64,000 nucleotides of DNA. Origin: Microthyrium microscopicum. Its lineage: Eukaryota. This document shows positions 22,743 to 34,765 of the stretch, piece by piece. The stretch spans positions 2,768,539 to 2,832,538 of the forward strand of contig MU004233.1 in assembly GCA_010405405.1 (NCBI GenBank), given 5' to 3'. Both the position numbers and the translations under genes were made by a program. The notes under the pieces were generated by a model, which was not told the origin of the DNA, did no database searches, and saw only the letters and a program-made list of their open reading frames with translations. The first letter of the stretch is position 1. Every line of letters begins with the position of its first letter.

Positions 22743-24017
22743 ATGTCTTCGCGCGAATACCCGGAGCGTCGGCGACCACGTCCACGCCGTTATTCTGATG
22801 AAGAGTCTGATACCTCAGAGGATTATGATCGCCGCGGTCCCCGTCGTGGCCCAAAAATAAGACCTCCTCCAGTTGGTGGTCCTCCATCAGATCGACTTCC
22901 ACCTGGAGGTATTCCTCCCGCCGGAGCACCATTGCCACGAAGAGGAGGACCAGTTATGGTTGACGATGACGCTGGTCCACCACCTCCCGGCCCACCGGGT
23001 CCTCCACAAAGCGATCGTGGTGCTGGTCGCGGTCCGCGTCCACGTTCTCGCGTGCGCATTCAAACGTCATCGGATGAGGATTCCGATGGCGGCAAAGCAA
23101 GAGCACGAAAGGACAGAAGAGCCCGTCACGATCTGGAGCGCAAAAATAGTCGGGAAAATCTACAATTCCGCGAAAGGCGTGATGGCTATCTCTCGGACGA
23201 GGGTGAGACTTTGAAAACTGCCAAAAAGGGTCGCCCTCGGCGACGTGATGGCAGCGATGACGACGATGAGCGCAAACCACGAAAAGAAAAGAATGGATTA
23301 CTTGGTGTCTTAAGCGGCAAAAACAATCGTTCTAAGAGCGAAGAACCACCACCACCTTACCCAGCAGATCCACGAGATGGGCCACCACGCGATCGTGGTG
23401 GTCCACCTCCTCGCTCTCGTCGAAACGAATACGATACAGACCCAGAAGGCGGACCCCGTCGCCGGCAATCCGCTCGCGATCCAGGCCGCGGTGGCAGAGG
23501 AGGTCGAGGCTACGACGACTACGACGATGAGCCCGAACCACCTCGCCGTCGTCGCCCTCAATCTGGCCATGGCCCACCTCCCCCAGACGACCGCGGCTAT
23601 CGATCCGATGGTCGACCACGTACACGCCCCCGTCCAGATGATGATTATTACTATGGCCACGGCGATCCCTACGACCAAGACCCGCGTGACCGCAAACCTC
23701 GCGGCGCACCTCGTCGAGACGAAGGCTACCGCTCAGACCATGGACCCCGCAGGCGAGACTACGACGACCGGCGTGGAGGCGGACGTCGGGACGACAGAGA
23801 CCGATATGACGACAGATACGACGACCCACGCGACCGGAATCGCAGCTCTCGTGATCCACGCAGTGGAGGTCGCAGCCGTGGAAAAAGCGGTGGTGCCGCA
23901 TGGCAGAAGGAAGCAGGCGATTTGTTCCTCATGTATGGCCTACCTCTACTGAAGCAAAACGGACCCAAGTGGGCAAAACAGGCACAGGATATGTGGAGTA
24001 GCCGGCGCGGGCGATAG
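22743..24017 (+). CDS. Low-complexity Arg/Asp/Gly/Pro-rich hypothetical protein (about 424 aa)
   Basis: Long uninterrupted ORF, likely start MSSREY at 22743. RGG and RDDR repeats, short amphipathic C-terminal segment. Confidence 0.7.
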   Translation: MSSREYPERRRPRPRRYSDEESDTSEDYDRRGPRRGPKIRPPPVGGPPSDRLPPGGIPPAGAPLPRRGGPVMVDDDAGPPPPGPPGPPQSDRGAGRGPRPRSRVRIQTSSDEDSDGGKARARKDRRARHDLERKNSRENLQFRERRDGYLSDEGETLKTAKKGRPRRRDGSDDDDERKPRKEKNGLLGVLSGKNNRSKSEEPPPPYPADPRDGPPRDRGGPPPRSRRNEYDTDPEGGPRRRQSARDPGRGGRGGRGYDDYDDEPEPPRRRRPQSGHGPPPPDDRGYRSDGRPRTRPRPDDDYYYGHGDPYDQDPRDRKPRGAPRRDEGYRSDHGPRRRDYDDRRGGGRRDDRDRYDDRYDDPRDRNRSSRDPRSGGRSRGKSGGAAWQKEAGDLFLMYGLPLLKQNGPKWAKQAQDMWSSRRGR

Positions 24018-24208
24018 AAACGCAAATTGACACTCTTCATTTGACGAAACCCCTGCTCTACGGCAACGGAAAATAACGACACACTTCTTCATTGTTTTTG
24101 GTTTGGTTTACATAGCATAGATAGCCGATCCTCACTCCCAAATACATTACCCTCCGATTTCTACAACTCTGAACGTCCAAAATTGCCATGCATCCTACGT
24201 ATATACCA

Positions 24209-24929
24209 CTATCGTCCCAGAAACCCAGCAATCTTCCTCAACCTAACAACATCCACCTTCGCCCCCCTAACCCCCTCCGCAGCAACATGTCTAACCACAA
24301 CATCACTAAACCTATGATTCTCCTTCCACGCCTTCTCACCAGTAAACGCCTCCAACACCCTAATACTCGTCCGTGCTTCCCTATCCTGCAGGATCATATA
24401 CATCCCCGTCTCCGGCTCATTTCCCTGTGCATATTCAACACAATTCTTCCACCCTTTCAATGCATCGCCGCGCGTATATACGTCCGGATACGTGATATGT
24501 GCCCAAAACACCAATGGATCGCTGAATGAAGAGACGGTCGGTCTGTCGACGCCAAGAAGCGGGTCGGCCATTGTTACGTGGACGGGAGATGTTTGGATGG
24601 ATTGGTCGGATATTGTTTTTATGAGGGCGAGGACGGGGGCGGTTTTTACGTGTGCGTCGAAGGAGGCTTGGGATTTATATCTTTGGGATTTTGTTAGATG
24701 ATTCAATCAATCTCAAGGGGTGTTATGGGGGAGGAGAGAGAACGTACTCTTCAATGATATACAGTGCCAAACTATCTGGCTCATCCAGCGGGACGGTTAA
24801 TGCATATTTGGTGACGTCTGGTTCGTGGGCGGTTGTGTGTGCGATTACGGATTCAAAGGTGGTGATGAATTGTTGGCGGGCGGAGGGGGTTTTGGGGGAG
24901 ATTTTGCCTACGCAGATGAATGGTGGCAT
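24209..24929 (-). CDS. Tandem ABM-like (dimeric alpha-beta barrel) protein
   Basis: Two repeats of the EP..Y..EEY/EAF..H pattern (HEPDVTKYAL..IIEEYKSQASFDAH; NEPETGMY..VLEAF..NH). Intron 24682-24747. Confidence 0.75.
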
Positions 24930-25591
24930 CTTGATGGTTGGTAGGACGTGTGAAGTACGAGTGTTTTTTTGGAATGGGAATTGTTTGGCTTGGTTGTTGA
25001 TGTGTAGAGGTTGATATGTTGGATGCGATATGTTAGTAGGCATGGCGGGTATTGAATTCCGTGTAAAGGTTATGGAGTGGATACGAACGATATGGTGCTT
25101 TGTATCCATTCTAGGCATTGATGGGTTTGCGAAGGGAGGGTAGGGAGAACTTTTGATTTTCTCGGAGATATAGCATACAGTTGATATTCAGGCTTCGGTA
25201 TTGAACACCTTTTGGAAATCATGAAAGATCTGCTAAGGTTGAAGAATATATCGAGATAGAGTTGACGACATGGCTTTTCATATGAAGAACTTACGAAGGC
25301 ATTCGCTTTTATCAGTCATATTAACAGCGGTTAGTACTAGTAGAGTCTATCGTAGGCAGGCTCTATATTCTACAGATAATCAACAACGCCTTGCCCAATG
25401 AAGCCTTCAAATGCAGTATTACACAATATCAAAGTAGCCAACCCAATTTAGACAATGATAAAAATGCAGACTATCCCATTTAACACCATGCCTGCCAAAA
25501 AACAAAGAAGCAGGAAGCTGAGGGGAGAGGTGCCGTCCAGTATAGTAGTTTAATGCAAGTCGATCCATATGTTTCGTGACCCAGGGCTTAC

Positions 25592-26624
25592 TCATTCAAA
25601 TCGTCTCATCAGCTTCGAGCGAACAGAAGTATTCACAACACCACCCACGCCAAAAGCAGGCACAATTCGACAAATACGCGCCATCCAGCTAGGGAAGAAA
25701 GCGGTCCGTACCAATTTGAAGCGTTCTGCGAGCGATAGATTCTTTCGATTGTACATGTCGAGACCCAGCAAATGCACAGGAGTACTTAGCACTTGAATGG
25801 CAGCTGGCGCCAAAAATTGCGCTATGCTCTGCTTGTTCATCTTTTTCATGAAGCTGGGCAAGAATTCAGTGCGAATATGTGGTGCGATTACGGCGGGAAG
25901 ATTGAAGGATGCGAATATCGTGAAGGAGTCGCGGAGTGCGAAGAGGGCGTATGTCGGACCTGGGATGCGACCGGGTGCGGATGTCGAGAATAGTTTTGTC
26001 AGATGTGCGTCTTTCCATATCGAAAGGCCGAGATTCGATGTGGATGTTCCGATGAACTTGGCGGTTCCGTGGGTTGTTGTTGAGGCAGGTTTGGATTTGA
26101 TGGTTGATAGGGTGGTATCGACCGTGTTGGCCATGATATACGTTCCTCCATAGACGGACTGTACGAGGATTAGCAGGGTGTTTGTTTGATCGATACTTTG
26201 GACGCACATATATAAGGAAAAACGGCTTCGAGAAGATGAACTTATGCGGCCTCAAAAGCAATGTCTTCAACGACCCAACAATACTATCCTTCAACGTCGC
26301 CTTCCCCGAAGCATTCTCAATGATTCCTCTGCACGCCAATTAGCCTCGAAACCTCCATTTCATATATTCCAAAACATACTTGTCAATCATCGTAATCAAC
26401 GGCGCAACCAACCCACCCGCACAAGCAGCCGCAAACACATCCACCACCACCCGCTGAGGAAGAGCCTTTGTATTCCAATTGCGCGCTTCCTCCCCCACCT
26501 CGTCCAGCGGACTCATGCCACGTGCTGCTGGCCAGCTTACGACCGGAACGCTGGAACCAGTGGTTGCCGGCACGCGCGGAGACGCGACGACGGACTCGCC
26601 TAGGGCGCCGCCGGAATCTTTCAT
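25592..26624 (-). CDS. Conserved fungal membrane protein, mitochondrial carrier/sideroflexin-like
   Basis: AGGLVAPLITMIDK/GIIENASG, YGGTYIMAN, LFALRDSFTIFASFNLP, STPVHLLGLDMYNR, ARICRIVPAFGVGGVVN. Two introns (about 26329-26380 and 26159-26208). Confidence 0.75.
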
Positions 26625-27060
26625 TATCAAGCTAAGTGCTGCATAGGGTGTTGAGACTGTGTCGCAAGCGCAAGCGAAGACTAATCGAAAATGACAGACG
26701 GGATCGCAGAGGGGAACTTGTAAGATGTTGACTTGGGGATGAAATCTGGGGATTTGATGCAAGATGGATCATGGATGGGTTTAAACTTTAAACAGGGGTC
26801 GGGGAAGATACGATGCGGCTCTAGAACTTTTTGGTTGCGATATCGGAGCCCCCTGCACAATGTCTATAAAAGTGCTAGATATTTAATGCGCCATCGACTC
26901 TTAACGATTATATATTCTGCTTGAAATGTAACAGCTTAGTATAGTAGTAAGTATTTTAAAATTAACAGAAGGCTATAAATACATGTTTCTAAAACTATCT
27001 GCATGCGCCTATATCGCGTCTCGTCTGAACATGTTCACAACAGCCTCAATGGGTATCCAA

Positions 27061-28909
27061 CTAATAACTATCCTCTCGCCAACGACTTCGAGTCTTTTTC
27101 CATGCGTCTGTATCTTCCTTTCCACCCTTTGATTCCAATCCCATACCACGTTCAACCCAGTCCTTGCTGCCCATCTCCACGAGTCTGCTGAGTGCTCGAG
27201 CAAAAGCGAAACGTTCCTCATCACCTGAGAATATGTTGCTGCTTTTCAGCATGTTCATGTTCATGCCCAAATCGTCCATTAAAGATCTCATCACGTCGCT
27301 GACATCGTGATGTTCATCGCCCTCTGGAACATCGCCTTTCTTCTGTGCTGACACCATGGCCTCGTTCAATTCTTTGTGGGATAAGAAGAGTTCAGTTAAG
27401 GCGACTTCGCATGTCATCACTAGTTTGGCCTAATGATTATTAGTGTGATGCGCTGTTTGTATCAAAGGATAACTTACTCTACTTTCGTACACCGCATCAA
27501 TAAACGTGATGAAGCGTCGAGCAAGATCTCGCGACTTGTGATTCATCCCAGGAACATCTGTGATGATGAAAGCTTCGTAGTTTCTTACAAGCTCAATATA
27601 ATCTGCTGCACTCGTTGCACGTCCGATAAGCTCGTCGAAGGTAAACCATGCGGCTTTACCACTAGCCTTGGGAACATGTACTTCCCGACCCCAAACAGTG
27701 TGAGTGGCTTCATGCGGAGGATCAGAATCTAGATCTCCGAAAAATCGAAACCAGCGTTCAGCATGGCTTTGCGCAGCTTTGTTTAGAGGATGATGATAAA
27801 CTCCGGATGGTGGTCGAGGAATCTTGCGGTAGTCCGTTTGTGAATCAAGATTGATCACTTGTAGTCTTGATTTGAGTAGATTGATGCATGGGATAAAGGA
27901 TTGTCGTTGTATACCGTTTTTGTATAGCTCATCCGGATGTCGGTTCGAGGTCGTAACAATGACGACTCCATGGGCCATCAGAGACTCGACTAATCTTCGC
28001 AAGTGTTAGCGACCTCATACTGTATTTCAGTAGCAGCGTACGTGCCTTCGAAGAATCATAGCATCCGCCACATCTGTACATTGAAACTCATCAAAGCACA
28101 AAACTGTAGCTTCTTCTGCAATATTGGCCGCGACCATTGGGATAGCATCAAAGTCATTCCCATATCGCATCTTCATCTTGTGTAGATCCTTATGCACTGC
28201 CTGCATGAAATTGTGAAAATGTAGTCGACTCTTATGGGTGACGTTAGGTGGGAGTGTTTCGTAGAATAAATCCATCATCATAGTCTTTCCACTTCCAACA
28301 TCTCCATACATATACATGCCTTTTGGAACATCTTCGGGAATATCGAATGAAGCCTTGTTGGTCGTCTCGCTTCCAAACAGACGGCCAAAAAAAGACTTTT
28401 TGGGAGGTTCAAGCGACTCTATAGTTGGATGTGCGACCTTGACCTGATCATAATGCGCGACTGTATCATGAAGATCTTGTAGGTTCTCTATTATGGCTAT
28501 ACACCGTCAGTGTTGCGCTCTTGGTTTGGACGTTTGTCTTACTTCGTTGGTGCTCGTCATTTCGTAATATGCCATTCTCGACTCGTCGATCGTATTCTTG
28601 TATAGGTCCATGGGTATTCCTTTTCGCCGGTTCTATATTCCATGAGCTGCAGTTTTCTTCATACCAAAATAATTGCGTACGTGATGCAACAGAAGCCAAG
28701 CCTCGAGCGGAGCTATCCGTATACCAGGACAGAGCCAGTGTCCGACCACGCACACGCGCTGTTCTACGTTCCAGCAACGCATTTCGTTGCGAATGTAACG
28801 CTCGTAAGCAGCTTCGGCATATCGAGTCTACGTAGATCCGCCGCCCGGTTGGGCGTACTGCGTATCGAAGGTAGCTGCCCAGCGGGTCGAGTAGTAGTCT
28901 CGACTTCAT
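27061..28909 (-). CDS. AFG1: Mitochondrial AFG1/LACE1-family ATPase
   Basis: GMYMYGDVGSGKTMMMDLFY, LCFDEFQCTDVADAMIL, TSNRHPDELYKNGIQR, ARRFITFIDAVYE, EERFAFARALSRLVEM. At least 3 introns. Confidence 0.95.
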
Positions 28910-29312
28910 GGTGATTATGAGGATAGAGGGTGCCACCGCAGGATCATAGTCGAGAAGTATGTTTATATAAACGGAAGTTCGAGGAGCGGAGAAGTTGATA
29001 AGGAATAGCACATGGTGAAAAAAAGCATGGAAGACATATGATCAATATCATTTACTCGGTCGAGTCGGCATCGTGGCTTGAACGGCCCGAGCTTCAGATG
29101 CCCGATTGCCGGAGGTTACTATTTCGGCCCGTGCATGTATGTATGCCTCTTGCCTTTTCCTCCATCGTTCCTTCCTAATCTTCAATGCTAGCAAACTCAA
29201 TCTCAACGTCTGGTCTATTATATTATTCTTTTTCGACATTTAGACCCGGTATGTCGTAGTACAGGGTCAGTCCGTCGTCGGCTAATTTAAACCTTCATCA
29301 AGCCATCAGAAA

Positions 29313-31157
29313 TCAAGAGAACGATTTCCCCTGAATCCATCTTGTCATCAAATCCAAAGCAACCTCAGGTTTGTTCAATGGAACCTATGGGCAATATCAG
29401 TGTTACTCGACAATATCCGGGATCTCACGTACCATATGACCGGCCTTATCAACAGTAAGGAATGTAAAGAGCGTTTTCTTGTCGTTACCTGGCATCTGAA
29501 TCCGAACTTCTTTATACGTGCCAACCTCCTTGCCATCTGATGACCAAGGTTGGAGATCTTTGGCACTGAATTCTGCTTGTCCTTTCCATGGCATATTGTT
29601 TGCCCAACGATAGTTTCCAGCCGTATTGCAAGCGAGATCCAAATTCCCCTGATAAAACATGACATCGACCCCTTTCGCCAGCAAGTTTTGCACTTGTGGG
29701 GTGGTGCTGATAACAGTCTCCCCCGTTCTCACAAACGCATTTTCCACCTTTGAGGACGACACGTTGAATTTGTCAATGGTATCGGGAACACCTAGAGCTT
29801 GCCACACGTCCTTTTGATTGAGATATTTGTCGATCAGGCCAATACCTCTATAGCAGAGGTCATCCATTTCGCAAGGCGCAGTGATGTCGAACCGGTTTCG
29901 TCCGCCTTGTACTGCTTCGCCGTCGTAGAGCTCAACGACTCCGGTCCAACACACGTTCTCAGCGGCAGTGCATATAGCGGGATCTGGGTTCTTGTTGCAT
30001 ACGTCAATGAGCTCTACGCACCGAGGAAGATTCGTGGCTATGATATCGCAGCGGGTGGTGTTGAAAACGGGTTCCTTGACTCCTGGCTTGGTGGTGCATA
30101 GTGTTTCCCAGTAACCGAATGTCGTGTCTTTAGGGGAGACGTAGCCATTTCCTATGAATACTGACTTCAGGTTAATCTGTACTCCGGATGGGTTGTTTGC
30201 GTTCTGGTTCAATATCTCTGTTCCGAATACTGGTATGTAATGGCCCTGTATCATGTCCATCAGCACGTTCTCTTTTCACGGACAAGTGGTCAACCAATTG
30301 CTCAATTAACTGGCGTGCTCCCGTCAACTGCGTTGGCTCCCATGTGCTTCTATCAGTCAGTAGACAATCAGCACTTTATCGACTAGGATGGGAAGCATAG
30401 CATCTTCCATTGGAAAGAAGGATTGGGAGCCATTGGCGTTTTTGAGAGGGTGCCATTTATTTTGCCAGGCCGTGGGTGGTATTCAAGATTCAGTACTCAC
30501 TCCGTAGCTTTCTCCAGATATGTGGAACGGCCTTTCGCGTAGTTGTGGAAACGTTTGACTGACAAATATTTGCAAGAACTTATGAATGTCTTTACCGGCA
30601 GAGAAGGAGCTGGATGGAATAGGCTCACCCTTGTCTAGATAGGAGAAGCCTACCCCAGCCGGTTGATCGATAAACAATACGTTTGCGTTTTTGTTCCACG
30701 CATACTCATTATAATTAGTGCCATTTCCATATCCATTTATTCGACACGGTCCCATCTCTTCCATCATTCCTATCATGCTTGATCCGCCTGGGCCGCCAGT
30801 AAGCCAAAGAACGAGCGGATCATTCTCTGGCGAAGATTCGCTTTCATGATACCAGAAGAAAAAGTGTTTGGGCCCAACATCTAGCCAGCCGGTGTATTGC
30901 ATTGACCGAGAATCGCATATTGTCTGATTTTCTTGTTTTTGGATTCTGATAGAATAAGATGGGTCATCTTTGTTTGCATAAACCTGAAATACTGCTTGTT
31001 TTTGTGACCAGTTAGTGCCTAGATTTGAGAATTTTGGGTGCACAGTTCCTTGGACTCCTTCGTAGCCAATTCGATTTTGTGGTGCAAAGTCTCCAGGAAG
31101 TGTTATCTGCGCACTCGTTGTGACTACAGCTAGGAGCAGCGCCTGTATAAATCTCAT
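29313..31157 (-). CDS. Serine carboxypeptidase, family S10 (CPY-like), secreted or vacuolar
   Basis: Signal peptide, [50 protein letters not shown]. Introns 30246-30500 and about 29384-29431. Confidence 0.93.
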
Positions 31158-34114
31158 TATGAAGTCGTCCTGCACGAGATGTTTTTTCCACGTGCAATGT
31201 TGAAGTTAAGACGTGGATTAGGCATACCAATAGCAACAAGCTACTGTACTCTACTACCAGGAAGCGAAGCGGAGGTTAGCCCCAGACTCATGCTGCAGGT
31301 AGATCATTCATCCGAGGGATAACCCAATATTGCTGTATTTCACGACTTGGCTAAACAGGGCTATATGTTCAAAATTCCTCATCCCTTTTCATGTTATTGC
31401 AACAAAACCGAAAGTCATTATAACATGGAACAGGCTGATATCTCTCTGCTCACCGCAGTTCCAGGAAATCAATTCTCAGTTAAGCAGCATAAATCTCCAC
31501 AGTAAAATCCCAGGCAAGGTTTGGGCTACCAAGCTATTAGAGCGTGCACATTGTACTACTGTACCAAGTAGCACTAATGCATGAAATATTCACAGCTGGC
31601 AAGGCCTAATGCTTTGGTCTAATATATGGCCAATAGAAAGCATGTCTACTCCGCAGTTTTACGACGGTGTTTACTTGGACAGAAGAGACCGGTGTTGAAT
31701 GCAGAAGCCTCCATTGACTTTCCTGATGTATGTATGGCTGTTTGTGGATCATATTGATCCATTGGTACCATTCGATGTGGTTTGTAGTGCAAAGAATCTT
31801 GACAGGTACCAAGAGGTACTTCCAAAATGTTAGCTCCATATCTATGACCTGGTAGGCGGCCAAGTTGCAGCATAACAACGCTGAGCAAAGCTGTAATAGG
31901 GCCGATACTGTAGCGCGGTACAGGATTTAGGCTAGTGAAGTCTGATGTCGACATGGTAGACAAACAGCCTACCGCTTGGTACATGAGAGTGACCAATTTG
32001 ACATCCTTGAACCTCCATCTGACGGAGCAGGTCTTGTGGTGCCCATATGATCTTCTCGGCTAACTGGGAGGTCGAGGGTTGACACTATCGTTATGCCTCT
32101 TGGTCGAGAAGAACGAATGAATGCCTCGATCGCGCTCAAGGACAGTCCCTGTCGCGCTGCACTTGCATTGAGTTGGTAATTGGGCACAGCTGCATAGCAT
32201 GTTGAAAGCTTCCGCACGCGACCTGCCAGTGGCAAGATCAAAAACATCAGCATTTGCATGCATCAGCTCGACATGCTTCGCTTGTGTATCCTGCCGACTT
32301 GTCATTGCAGATCCGAGACTCGATGCTGGATCCCCAGGAAGACAACGTGGTTCGCTGACGGACTTGAAGCCCGCAGAAAGGAGGAGATCTGGAGAGTATT
32401 TCCCGGAGCCAGCGCATCGGAAGTTTCAGGGGTTCTTCGGAACAGATACTTTAGGAGACTAGCGTACCGCAGTTGCAGTGAAGCATATTTTGACTTCATC
32501 TTGTTCAAGGATTTCGTTGACAACCTTCCTACCCAGCTCTTGCCTCTTCTCGTGAGCTGTCGCTGTCCAGTATCGTCTCGAGCCTGACTCTATGTGTCCT
32601 TCTGCCCACCATAGCGGGTCACTTCTTGGTTACGACCCCACAGCGCCCTCGATACGCAAGCGAGCAACAACAACGCTGAAGATGAAGCGGACCCGACTTC
32701 AACTTTTAGGAGTACCCTTCATGCGTGCGCCACACACGGGGCCAGACATTGTTTGTTGCTCAAGGCAGAACATCTTCGGGGCGTGCAGTATACCACTGTC
32801 AGCGCCAGCTTCCAGATATCTTGGTATGGTAGCGACTCGAGGTTCCGGAAGCAAGACCGCAGTGCCTGCGTGACATCGAGGAACTTATCTTTATCGTATA
32901 CTACAGGCATGTTCTGATATACGCTATAACTTTTCACTATGGTCGTTGCTGACAGTGAGATATGAAATCATCCTCTTGCACGACTGAAAACTCCGAGAAC
33001 GCGTGTCGCTTTTCTTTCTCTCGACTAAAGTCGATATGGCGAGCCATTTGTAAATTTACTGGACGTACAGATGACCAATGCGTTGGTCGCGCGAGTGAGA
33101 CGTGGATGATGTACGAATTCGAGCCTCTTGCGGCGCCCGGAGGAGACATAATGAATACTTCTGTTACACACAAGTTAGAATTTCCATGATCTGGCCAATC
33201 TTGTGTCATACATCCGACATCTTACACAATGAGGTGAATTGACGTAATTTGACACCGGTTGAACGTGCTGTTATACAACAAAGTGTGACGTCTGTTGTGG
33301 TGGCCCTGCGGACTAGAAGGCAGTGTAAGGCTGGAGAGGATGCTCTATGTACCTCGAGGGCAGTAACGTGGCATAATTGTGCCTGAAGGAGGCCACCACT
33401 CGCTTTTGAAACGGATCGTTCAACGTAGGGCAATGCAATCGGTTCTGGAGAGGAACGTTGTATAGAACTTAACGGTGAGGAGAGGGGACTGAGCAGAGTT
33501 ATCGCAGTCAAACGGCGAAAGAGAAAACTAGCAAGGGATCGACTCGTAATTGATTCAGCGCGTAGGAATGAGGCCACAACCCACTTTGGCCGAAGGCATT
33601 GCTGGCTAGGGGGTTGATTGGGTACTGCTAGAACAGCAGCACTTAATCTTATCCCCTCTTTTCTATTCGGAAGGCTTCGTACGGGACTGGAACTTGGCTA
33701 TGGAGCACTTGATATGTGAAAGAAGACTCTCTCGATACTCAGATCCAAGAGATCGAGATGTTACAGCCGTTGTTGTGGCTCATCGCACCGCACGTCTGTG
33801 ACTGTCGCACAGTTTCTAGTTGTTCTGATGCAAAACATGTACTTTAGGCACCCACAGATGGCTTTACAACATGCCGAAAAGATTGTATTATGGAAGAGCT
33901 TCATTAATCGTACACTTATACCAGACCTTTTGGGTTCTGCGACTTTTCTCGTCATTTCTTGTCCCGTCCATGGGGAGATTCTCATCCTTCGAGGCAAAAG
34001 GCTCGGAATTGGATCGGAGAATAGTGCGAAAATGACTAAATAACGAATGCAATGTACTCTAACGAAACATGTTGGGGAATAGAGCGCCTAATGTGACCGA
34101 CATCCGTCGTCAAC

Positions 34115-34765
34115 TCATCTTCCCTGGCCAGGCCAATTGTTCTGTTGTTGTTGGTTCGGTGACTGAGGAGGCTGCTGCGCCATTGTCTGCGCCAGCTGTT
34201 GCTGATACGACGCCTGATGCTGTTGATGCTGTTCAGGAGTCTCCAAGCGCTCAAGTGCTACTTGGGCTGCGTCTTCCTTTGCGTTCGTGATGAAATTGCC
34301 ATCATACCTGGTCATTCTGCTATCAGTTTGACTCGAGCTGGTGTCAGAATAGGGGGATGTTTTGGTCAACTCACCAGTATCTTGCCAGGTACGGCGCACC
34401 GTTCACTTCAACAGCGGCTGACCATGCTGTTCGGCCTCCTAGGGGAAGTATGAGCATTGGCAACTTACTGGAAAGATGACTGCCTCGAAAGCAGTGTTCA
34501 ATTGCCACTGAAACGCTGAAATCGAGGTCAACCCTCGAGAGTGCGGAGATCACCACAGGATCCCATGGCCTCATCGATCCCCCACTCTCACTAAAGGCTG
34601 TAGATTGTGTAGAGCCGACTTACCACGACGGTCTGACGCAATGGAGTAGACAGGAGGCCGAAGGCCATTGTTACCACAAAATTGCTCTAACCAAGTTTGC
34701 CACGGCCCGATTGCTCGACGGTCAGAGTCGACCTGTTGCTGAGTAGAGGGTGAGGGATCGGACAT
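34115..34765 (-). CDS. Small dsRNA-binding-domain (DSRM-like) protein with Gln-rich tail (132 aa)
   Basis: Exons 34765-34624, 34438-34375 and 34307-34115 join in frame: WQTWLEQFC..LRPPVYSIASDRRGGRTAWSAAVEV..ARYWYDGNFITNAKEDAAQVALERL, a dsRBD pattern with the C-terminal AKEDAA helix. Confidence 0.8.

Noticed and set aside
8231..31157. Secondary-metabolite gene cluster (GMC, ABM, peptidase)
   Set aside because: No backbone enzyme, transporter or cluster regulator, and the genes are interspersed with core housekeeping genes.
34439..34470. Stwintron in the dsRBD gene (CAG|TAAGTT)
   Set aside because: The external intron would be only 30 nt and the product would be out of frame. A single intron restores DRRGGRTAW.
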